A DNA stretch of 24,000 nucleotides from Alphaproteobacteria bacterium (GTDB lineage: Bacteria > Pseudomonadota > Alphaproteobacteria > Rickettsiales > UBA3002). The stretch lies in contig JALHRI010000011.1 in assembly GCA_022841525.1 (NCBI GenBank), positions 1 to 24,000 of the forward strand. The letters are read 5' to 3'. The notes beneath the pieces are model-generated. The model worked only from the letters and a program-made list of their open reading frames with translations. It had not been told where the DNA came from and ran no database searches. The position numbers and the translations under genes were made by a program. Positions 8,339 to 15,327 of the stretch are shown piece after piece (position 1 is the first letter of the stretch; each line of letters begins with the position of its first letter).

Positions 8339-10122
8339 CCTATCCTACGTCTTCTGCTAACTCCGCCGATTTGCCTAAAGGCAAAATCAGTAGTCTGAAA
8401 TGGCTGAAGCACTATCTGAAGCCTTACCGCAACCAGGTCATCTGTGCGACAGTTGCGCTGATGTTTACTTCGCTTGGCGTACTGGGCATTGGCCGCGCCC
8501 TCGCCTATTTAGTGGATGAAGGCATCGCCAAGGGCGATCCGCAGCTTCTGGGCACCGGTTATGTGGTCATGCTCGGCGTGGTGGTAATGCTGGCGGTGGC
8601 AACCTTTGCGCGTTATTTCTTCGTCTCATCGGTAGGGGAAAAAGTTGTCGCCGATATTCGCCGCGACGTATTTTCGCATTTGCTGAGCATGCATACCGGC
8701 TATTTTGAAACCGTGCGCGTGGGCGATGTACTCTCGCGCATCACCACCGATTCCACCTTGCTGCAAAACGTAGTGGGCTCAACGATTTCGATTTTTCTGC
8801 GCAACTCGCTACTCTTTATCGGCGGCGTGATCATGCTGCTGATCACCAGTGTGCGCCTCACGGAATATGTGCTGATCATGGTGCCGCTGGTGGTGCTTCC
8901 CATCATTCTGATTGGCAAGCGCGTACGCAAACTTTCGCGCGCCGCGCAAGATAAGGTGGGCGATATTTCGGTGCATGCGGAAGAAACGCTGCACGGCATT
9001 CGTACCATTCACGCCATGGCGATGGAAGATTTCGAGATGGCGCGCTTTGCCGCCATCGTCAGTGATGCAAAAACGGTGGCAATGCAGCGCATCCGCCTGC
9101 GCGCGGTGCTGACCGGCATTGTGATCTTTCTCATTTTTGGCGCGATTATTTCCGTACTCTATATTGGTGGGCAAGACGTGGTGGCCGGGCGCATCAGCGC
9201 CGGCGAACTCTCGGCGTTTATTTTTTACGCCGTGGTGGTGGCCGGTGCGGTAGGTGCGATCAGCGAAGTCATTGGCGAGCTGATGCGCGCCGGCGGCGCC
9301 GCAGAGCGTTTGTTTGAACTGCTCAGCCTCACCCCACAAATCAGCGCGCCGCAACAACCGCATGTTTTTACTAAAGCACCCAGCGGCCGCATTAGTTTTG
9401 AACATGTCACCTTCAGTTACCCATCAAGGCCAGAATCGCAGGCCACGCGCAATCTTTCCTTCCGCGTCGAGCCGGGCGAAACGCTGGCGATTGTCGGCCC
9501 CTCCGGCGCAGGCAAGAGCACTATTTTTCAGCTGATCCTTCGCTTTTATGATCCGCAGTTTGGGATCATTCGCATTGATTCGGTGGATATTCGCCACCTC
9601 AGTCCGCGTGACTGGCGCAGCCATATTGGTCTGGTGCCACAAGATCCGGTGATTTTTTCCGCAAGCGTACGCGACAACATCCGCGCCGGTTTCCCAAATG
9701 CCAGCGACGACGACATTACGGAGGCCGCACGCGCGGCGCAAGCGCTTGAGTTTATCGAGACGCTGCCAGAAGGCATGGATACCCATGTCGGTGAAAAAGG
9801 TGTGCAGCTTTCCGGCGGTCAGCGTCAGCGCATCGCGATTGCGCGTGCACTGATTCGCAAGCCGGTGCTGCTACTGCTCGATGAGGCCACCAGCGCCCTC
9901 GACAGCGTGAGCGAGAAAGCCATCGCCTCGGCGGTGGAAGAAATTTCCAAACGCTGCACGACGCTCATCATCGCCCACCGACTTTCCACCGTACAGCGTG
10001 CAGACAGAATTTTAGTGTTAAACGACGGCGCGCTGGAAGCCACCGGCACCCATGCGCAGCTTCTGGTAAGCTCGCCGCTGTATCAGGAACTCGCCGCTGG
10101 CCAACTAGCACTCAGCGCTTAG
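8335..10122 (+). CDS. ABC transporter, fused permease/ATPase (ABCB / MsbA-Atm1-like exporter)
   Basis: 595 aa. An N-terminal six-helix type transmembrane domain is followed by an NBD with Walker A (GPSGAGKST), the ABC signature (LSGGQRQR) and Walker B (LLLLDEATSALD). Confidence 0.9.
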   Translation: MTYPTSSANSADLPKGKISSLKWLKHYLKPYRNQVICATVALMFTSLGVLGIGRALAYLVDEGIAKGDPQLLGTGYVVMLGVVVMLAVATFARYFFVSSVGEKVVADIRRDVFSHLLSMHTGYFETVRVGDVLSRITTDSTLLQNVVGSTISIFLRNSLLFIGGVIMLLITSVRLTEYVLIMVPLVVLPIILIGKRVRKLSRAAQDKVGDISVHAEETLHGIRTIHAMAMEDFEMARFAAIVSDAKTVAMQRIRLRAVLTGIVIFLIFGAIISVLYIGGQDVVAGRISAGELSAFIFYAVVVAGAVGAISEVIGELMRAGGAAERLFELLSLTPQISAPQQPHVFTKAPSGRISFEHVTFSYPSRPESQATRNLSFRVEPGETLAIVGPSGAGKSTIFQLILRFYDPQFGIIRIDSVDIRHLSPRDWRSHIGLVPQDPVIFSASVRDNIRAGFPNASDDDITEAARAAQALEFIETLPEGMDTHVGEKGVQLSGGQRQRIAIARALIRKPVLLLLDEATSALDSVSEKAIASAVEEISKRCTTLIIAHRLSTVQRADRILVLNDGALEATGTHAQLLVSSPLYQELAAGQLALSA

Positions 10123-10158
10123 CTGTTATAGTCGTCTCAATAAATAATGTTACAATTT

Positions 10159-10245
10159 GTCATGCCAGCCCCGTCATTCGACGGGGTAAACTCGGCTGGC
10201 ATCCACCTGTTAAAGGGCTGGATTCCTGCTTCCGCAGGAATGACG
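10159..10245. repeat. REP/MITE-like nested palindromic element in a convergent intergenic spacer
   Basis: The outer stem is atgccagcc (10162-10170) paired with ggctggcat (10194-10202). It encloses a hairpin ccccgtc-attc-gacgggg (10169-10186). A second hairpin is attcctgc-ttcc-gcaggaat (10222-10241). The motif GTCAT(G/T)C occurs three times, counting both strands. The spurious ORF across the element reads ...WIPASAGMT..., a signature often seen when such repeats are mistranslated. Confidence 0.6.
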
Positions 10246-10287
10246 ATAGGTGTGGTTCTTCACTGGAATAAGTATAGCCTTGTCTAC

Positions 10288-12288
10288 TTATCTAATCATC
10301 ACATCGGCACGATCAGGGGCACCGGAAGGCACATTGTGCCCCATGGCCTGCACGTTGATTTTCAGCTGATCCACCCCTTCGCGAATCAGGAATGCACGCA
10401 CTGCCAGCGCGCGCGACATCGAGATGCGCCGAGCAATCGATGCTTCATCCGGCGTACCTTTGGCGTAGGCGGTAATGCGTACCGAATTTCCTTTTTCCTT
10501 CATGGTTTTTGACAGCGCTACCAGTTCTGATTTTGCCTCAGAGCTCAGCTCTGTCGCATCGGATGCAAAGACAATCGTGGCTGCTTTACTGCCCATCGCG
10601 CCAGAAGCAGGGGCTGGTGCAGGCGCAGGCGCTTTCGGCGCAGATTTAGGCGCTGCCAAAGGTGGGGGAGATGTTTTTTCAGGCGCTTTTTCCACGTTTG
10701 CAGGCGGCTTAGGCAGCTCAGCGGGCGGTGGCAATACCGGCAAGGCGGGAGCCAGTGCCGGTTCAGCACTGGATGGTTTTACCCCAGGCAGGGGTGGCAA
10801 AGAAGCAATCACCGTTTTTTCAGAAATATCCGGCTTGGGGCGCACTTGTTTTGGCGCTGGCGCCATTGGCGCAGGCGTCGGCAGTGGCGGCGCTTTTTTG
10901 ACAATTGGCGTAATCGCCAGCGGCGAGGCAGAAGGCTCAGGCAGCGGTGGCAGCGTAGCGGGTGGCAGCTTCTCTTGTTGAGCAGCGGGCTTGTCAACGC
11001 TTGCAGCGGCTGCTTTCTCCTCACCGCGCGTCACTTTAGGAAGCGCGTCTGCGACCGGATTAATCGTGCGCGTTTCATCCCTCAGCGTACCTTGTGTCGC
11101 CGGTTCTTTGGTGAACATTTTCTCCATCCGCGCGGAAATAGATGGCAGCATTTTCGGCGCTTCTTTGCGCGTGGTGACATTCGCGGGCACCTCCACCTCC
11201 GGCACCGTTGCAGCTTTCTTCACCACCATCGTTTCCACCGGTTTACCCAGTAATTGCTGCGGCGATAGGCCTTCGAGTTCGCCCGCCGGCTTCGACGTTT
11301 TCATGCCGGAAAAATCAAGTCCGGCCAGGCTGGGGGCTGGCGGTGCGCTGGGTAGAGCAACCGCTGCAGGTGTAGGAATAGGCGCGGCAACTGGCGGCGG
11401 TGGTGGCGGCGGTGGTGGCGGCGCTTTCATCAACGCATCAATCTCGGGGAGTTTTTTGGCAGGCGCTGGCGCGGGAACCACTGGCTTCTCTAGCGGTGGT
11501 AATGTCGGTAATGTTGGAATAGGTGCTGGCGCAGCTTTCACGTCAGGCGGCGGGCTCAGTTTCGCAAGCTGTGCCGGCTTGGGCGCAGGCGGTGCAGGCG
11601 GTTCTTTGGGCGATTTGGGCGCTTGCGCCGCAACCATCGGCGGTGCAGGAGGTGCAGCAACAGCAGGTTCAGGCGCTTTCACGATCGGTGGTGGCACTGC
11701 TTTTTTCACCGGAATCATCATCGGTGCGGTGCTGATTTTTGGCGCTGCCGCTTGCGGTACGGGTGCTGGCGGCGGTGGCACGGTTGCTGGCGGCGGCGCG
11801 GCGGCGGCGACTGTTTCTTTCACGTCTGCGGTAGCCATTGCTTTGGGCGCAGGCTGGCTGACGCGCGCGGCACGGCGCGGCGCAGTGGCAACGACGCTGC
11901 GGCGCTCTGGTGCTGGCGGCGCTGCACTCGATGCCTCCGATAAAATATGTGCCGGCGACTCACCGCGCGCAAAAGGCGTACCCGTACCCAACGGCGCGGC
12001 GGCGATGGCTACCGCGGCCGGAGCCGCCCCATCCGCCGGCAGTGCCACGGGTGGTGCATAGGGCTGATCACGCGGCACTTTGCGGATTTCGGCCGCCGAT
12101 GCCGGCGCAGATGCTACAGGCACCCCGCGTAATTTACTAAGCACATCGAGGTTAAGCTCAACACTGGGCGCGGCGCTTGGCACGCGACCATAGCCTGCAG
12201 ACTGAGCATACGCCGTAGGCGCAGCACTTGCCATCAGCAGCAAGGCCGCAGCAAACGGTAAAGAATGTATGAGCTTTTTCGCGCGCAT
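10288..12288 (-). CDS. OmpA/MotB-family peptidoglycan-binding protein with a very long Pro/Ala-rich region
   Basis: I placed the start at the ATG at 12288, giving the Sec signal peptide MRAKKLIHSLPFAAALLLMASAAPTAYAQ. About 560 aa of P/A/V/K-rich low complexity follow, including a run of 10 Pro. The C-terminal OmpA-like domain reads ATIVFASDATELS...RITAYAKG...RRISMSRALAVRAFLIREGV. The upstream 47 codons in the ORF track look non-coding. Confidence 0.85.
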   Translation of the reverse strand: MRAKKLIHSLPFAAALLLMASAAPTAYAQSAGYGRVPSAAPSVELNLDVLSKLRGVPVASAPASAAEIRKVPRDQPYAPPVALPADGAAPAAVAIAAAPLGTGTPFARGESPAHILSEASSAAPPAPERRSVVATAPRRAARVSQPAPKAMATADVKETVAAAAPPPATVPPPPAPVPQAAAPKISTAPMMIPVKKAVPPPIVKAPEPAVAAPPAPPMVAAQAPKSPKEPPAPPAPKPAQLAKLSPPPDVKAAPAPIPTLPTLPPLEKPVVPAPAPAKKLPEIDALMKAPPPPPPPPPPVAAPIPTPAAVALPSAPPAPSLAGLDFSGMKTSKPAGELEGLSPQQLLGKPVETMVVKKAATVPEVEVPANVTTRKEAPKMLPSISARMEKMFTKEPATQGTLRDETRTINPVADALPKVTRGEEKAAAASVDKPAAQQEKLPPATLPPLPEPSASPLAITPIVKKAPPLPTPAPMAPAPKQVRPKPDISEKTVIASLPPLPGVKPSSAEPALAPALPVLPPPAELPKPPANVEKAPEKTSPPPLAAPKSAPKAPAPAPAPASGAMGSKAATIVFASDATELSSEAKSELVALSKTMKEKGNSVRITAYAKGTPDEASIARRISMSRALAVRAFLIREGVDQLKINVQAMGHNVPSGAPDRADVMIR

Positions 12289-12522
12289 GCCGTAATAAAT
12301 TCCAGTGAGCCCAGAGTGTTTTTGCTTTGACGAGAAGTCTAGCAAACGCCCCCCCTCAGGCAAGCTGGTCTGGGCGATGTGTGGTAAAATGTGCATAACT
12401 TGACCGCGAATCCATGCAGCGTTTTGCATGGGTTGCGATGCGCACGTCAGTAATTTGCTGATGTGACTATCAACTCACGGATTGCGCTTGCTCTGCAGGG
12501 CGCGATCTATTAAAGCCTCGCC

Positions 12523-13314
12523 ATGCATTCTCCCTTAATTCATGTGATGATGAAAGCCGTGCGCGCCGCCGCCAAAGGCGTGATACGCGATTTCGGCGAG
12601 ATGGAAAAACTACAAGTCTCGAAAAAAGGCGTTGCTAATTTTGTGACCAGTGCAGATGTGCGCACGGAGAAAATCTTGCTCGAACAGCTGGCGCAAGCGC
12701 GCCCGAAATTCTCGTTCTTAAGCGAGGAAAGCGGGCTTAGCGGCAATGAAAAAGCTACCGAGCGCTTCGTGATCGACCCGATTGACGGCACCACGAATTT
12801 CATTCACGCCATTGCGTATGTGGCCATTTCTGTGGCCGCACAAAGCCTCGATAAAGACGGCAACTGGCAAACCACTGCCGGTATTATTTACGACCCGATT
12901 CACGATGAAATGTTCATCGCCGAAAAGGGCAAAGGTGCGTTTTTAGAAAATTATAAACTGCGCGTCTCTACCCGTGAGGAAGATGCGCTGATTGGCACCA
13001 CGAGCCCGCGCACCTACCGCAAAGATTTCGATTACACGCTGGAGGCGTATTCGCGTCTGTCGCGCTGTGGCCATACGCTTCGCAGCATGGGCTCTGCCGC
13101 GCTGGATCTGGCGTATGTGGCTGCCGGAAGGCTCGATGCCACTTGGTATCATAAGCTGAACTTATGGGATTTAGCCGCAGGCATGTTACTGGTGAGCGAA
13201 GCAGGCGGCAAAATTACCGATGAGCATGGTAATCCTTACACATCTGAAAATGGCAGTATTGTTGCCAGCAACCGATTGCTGCATGCAGGCATTATCGACG
13301 CGCTGAAGGTCTAA
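12523..13314 (+). CDS. suhB: Inositol monophosphatase family protein (SuhB-like)
   Basis: IMPase motifs are present: FLSEESG, VIDPIDGTTNF, and WDLAAG (as LWDLAAGMLLVSEAGG). Confidence 0.9.
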   Translation: MHSPLIHVMMKAVRAAAKGVIRDFGEMEKLQVSKKGVANFVTSADVRTEKILLEQLAQARPKFSFLSEESGLSGNEKATERFVIDPIDGTTNFIHAIAYVAISVAAQSLDKDGNWQTTAGIIYDPIHDEMFIAEKGKGAFLENYKLRVSTREEDALIGTTSPRTYRKDFDYTLEAYSRLSRCGHTLRSMGSAALDLAYVAAGRLDATWYHKLNLWDLAAGMLLVSEAGGKITDEHGNPYTSENGSIVASNRLLHAGIIDALKV

Positions 13315-14010
13315 CTACACCGTCTCTGCAAGTTTTTCTTTGCGCGCATGAAGCGCTTTTTTAATCGCATCGTTGAATGCTTTCACGGCAGCGCCTGCAC
13401 CTTCAGGATGTGTCCACACTGCGTTGATTGCGGCAATAAAATCAGCACCGGCTTCAATTTGCGGGGCGCAGTTTTGCGGGGTCATGCCGCCAATCGCCAC
13501 GCAGGGCACAACGGTATAGGTGCTCCACCACGTGATTAAATCGTTGCTGGGCGTGCCATATTTCGCAAGCTTCTCTGCCGATTTCGAGGCGGTGGGGTAA
13601 AACGCGCCGAACGCGACATAATCGGCACCGTTATCGCCCGCTTCCATCGCCATGTGCGAGGAATCATGGCAGCTAATACCAATCACTTTTTCTTCACCTA
13701 ACAGATCACGTGCTTGCTTTAAGCTCATATCTTCCTGACCTAAATGCACGCCGTCGGTGTTGAGTTCTTTGGCAAGCATTACATCATCATTGAGCAAAAA
13801 CGCCACGCCAAACTCACGGCAGATGGGCTGCAGCACGCGCACTGCTTCGGCAATCTTCTCGCGCGGTGTCTCTTTCAGGCGCAGCTGAAACGCACCAACA
13901 TCCCCCCCTGAGAACGCCGCGCGCAGCTGATCTGCAAAGGCGCTCGCATCTATCTGCATCGGCGAGATCAGATAGAAGCGACAGGGGAAATCGTTAGGGT
14001 CGTTACTCAC
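13315..14010 (-). CDS. thiE: Thiamine-phosphate synthase
   Basis: The 231-aa TMP-TENI family pattern is present (FQLRLKE..., GVHLGQEDM, VIGISCH, GADYVAFGAFYPT, VAIGGMTP). The GTG start overlaps the fba stop (GTGA), so the gene is part of the pgk-fba operon. Confidence 0.9.
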   Translation of the reverse strand: MSNDPNDFPCRFYLISPMQIDASAFADQLRAAFSGGDVGAFQLRLKETPREKIAEAVRVLQPICREFGVAFLLNDDVMLAKELNTDGVHLGQEDMSLKQARDLLGEEKVIGISCHDSSHMAMEAGDNGADYVAFGAFYPTASKSAEKLAKYGTPSNDLITWWSTYTVVPCVAIGGMTPQNCAPQIEAGADFIAAINAVWTHPEGAGAAVKAFNDAIKKALHARKEKLAETV

Positions 14011-14939
14011 ACCCGCTCCGCTTTTTTGAAGACATCGACAATCGTACCCAGCAGTTTTAGCGCATCTTCGCGCGGGCGCTGGAAGCTGTTGCGCCCCATG
14101 ATCGAACCATCCGCGCCACCGTCTGCCAAAGCTTGAATTTCCGCCAGCACTTCGATGTCGGATTTCGCACCGCCGCCAGAGAAAATCACCAACCGTTTGC
14201 CACCAAACGTGGTTTGCTTGATATGGGCAATGCGCGCCGCCAGCGTATCGACTTTAATTCCCTGTGCCGCGTACACTTTCTTAGCTTCTTCTTGCTCGAT
14301 ATGCGCGGTGGGTGGCTTGACTTTAATAATGTGCGCGCCCAGCAGTGCGGCGATATGCGCGGCGTAGGCCGTGACATCGATCGCGGTTTCACCGGCTTTG
14401 CTTAAGCCCTCGCCGCGCGGGTAACTCCAGATCACCACCGCGAGTCCGCACGCCTTGGCTTCGGCCGCCAGCTCGCGGATTTCTTCAAACATCTCGTAGG
14501 CCGCGTTCGAGCCCGGATAAATCGTAAAACCAATCGCGCTACATCCTAAGCGCAGCGCGTCGTTGACGGTGGCAGTGACGGCCTGATCGGGCGAGGCATC
14601 TTTGCTGGAAAGTGAATTATTGCTGTTCATTTTTAGAATGGTGGGAATTGCTCCGGCGAAGGTGCCGGCACCCGCCTCGATCATACCCAGCGGCGCGGCG
14701 TAGGCGTTTAGGCCAGCATCAATTCCGAGCTTGAAATGATAATGCGGATCGTAAGCATCGGCATTCACCGCAAAGCTGCGCGCGGGCCCGTGTTCAAACC
14801 CCTGATCGACCGGCAAGATCACCATTTTTCCGGTGCCGCCAAGCTTGCCGTGCATCAGCATCCGCGCGAGGTTGGCCTTAGTTCCCGGTGAATCTGCTTC
14901 GTACCAGGACAGAATTTTTTTCACAGTTTTCGTGGTCAT
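14007..14939 (-). CDS. fba: Class I fructose-bisphosphate aldolase (FbaB/DeoC-LacD type)
   Basis: MTTKTVKKILSWYE...GKMVILPVDQGFEHGP... closely resembles the FbaB-type ILPVDQGxEH motif. I placed the start at the ATG at 14939, preceded by GAGG with a 5-nt spacer. The 41 extra codons in the ORF track overlap the upstream ORF and look spurious. Confidence 0.9.
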   Translation of the reverse strand: MTTKTVKKILSWYEADSPGTKANLARMLMHGKLGGTGKMVILPVDQGFEHGPARSFAVNADAYDPHYHFKLGIDAGLNAYAAPLGMIEAGAGTFAGAIPTILKMNSNNSLSSKDASPDQAVTATVNDALRLGCSAIGFTIYPGSNAAYEMFEEIRELAAEAKACGLAVVIWSYPRGEGLSKAGETAIDVTAYAAHIAALLGAHIIKVKPPTAHIEQEEAKKVYAAQGIKVDTLAARIAHIKQTTFGGKRLVIFSGGGAKSDIEVLAEIQALADGGADGSIMGRNSFQRPREDALKLLGTIVDVFKKAERV

Positions 14940-14946
14940 AAATGCC

Positions 14947-15327
14947 TCATGATTGCTTGGCGATGTTTTCCCACCCATGCGTGCGGATGTCAACTGCGCC
15001 TGTGGGATAATCGGTGATGATGACGGCGCCAAGCGGCGCCGCGATGGCGCGAAGTTTTGCAATCATTTCCGGCGCGCAGGCGCTGTAAACATGGCGAATG
15101 CCCATGCGCAGCGCGTCATGGCAGATGGCGGCGTTATCGCCGCAGCCGATGAGGATTCGGCCTTCAGCATTCTGAATTTTTTTTGCTTTCTGAATCCTGA
15201 ATCCTGAATCCTGAATCCTGAGAGCCAGCCCCACACCCGCGTAACAACAAAAATCATGCGGGGTGATCAGGCGTGCACCGAGCGGCGCACGCGCTACATC
15301 CTCAGGCGTATGCACGATCAGCAGCAT
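14947..15327 (-). CDS. Hypothetical protein (126 aa) containing a translated heptanucleotide repeat
   Basis: The ORF fills the whole 360-bp pgk-fba gap. Its flanks have the G/C-rich third codon positions of neighbouring genes. Its stop (TGA at 14947-14949) overlaps the fba Shine-Dalgarno sequence (TGAGG). Its start overlaps the pgk 3' end by 26 nt. I recognised no family. Confidence 0.5.
   Translation of the reverse strand: MLLIVHTPEDVARAPLGARLITPHDFCCYAGVGLALRIQDSGFRIQKAKKIQNAEGRILIGCGDNAAICHDALRMGIRHVYSACAPEMIAKLRAIAAPLGAVIITDYPTGAVDIRTHGWENIAKQS
15190..15221. repeat. Heptanucleotide tandem repeat (CTGAATC) x4 plus a partial unit
   Basis: Direct reading gives ctgaatc ctgaatc ctgaatc ctgaatc ctga. 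A related degenerate unit ttctgaat lies at 15170-15177, followed by a T7 run. On the minus strand the repeat is translated as RIQDSGFRIQ. Confidence 0.95.

Noticed and set aside
10147-10512. 121-aa plus-strand ORF spanning the REP-like element and the OmpA-like 3' end
   Set aside because: Its N-terminus is simply the translation of the palindromic repeats (…WIPASAGMT…). The rest is antisense to the conserved OmpA domain.
10991-12061. 356-aa Gly/Ala-rich plus-strand ORF, together with ORFs 10475-10981, 11523-11735 and 11623-11943
   Set aside because: These are antisense shadows of the Pro/Ala-rich region of the OmpA-like gene (CCN Pro codons read as GGN Gly codons). The minus-strand frame has a signal peptide and a recognisable OmpA domain, whereas these have no start context or domain.
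12403-12432. Hairpin ccatgc-agcgtttt-gcatgg in the OmpA-like/suhB divergent spacer
   Set aside because: The stem is only 6 bp with an 8-nt loop, with no flanking U-tract or repeat copies. That is within chance expectation.
13315-14010. TPP riboswitch upstream of thiE
   Set aside because: The thiE start codon overlaps the fba stop (GTGA), so there is no leader region. The gene is expressed from the glycolytic operon.
14940-15062. N-terminal extensions of track ORFs, for fba (to 15062), the OmpA-like gene (to 12429), fur (from 20306), olsB (from 22616) and PBP1A (to 7972)
   Set aside because: Homology to the known N-termini, a signal peptide or a good Shine-Dalgarno sequence begins at internal ATG codons. 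The extensions have atypical composition or overlap neighbouring features.
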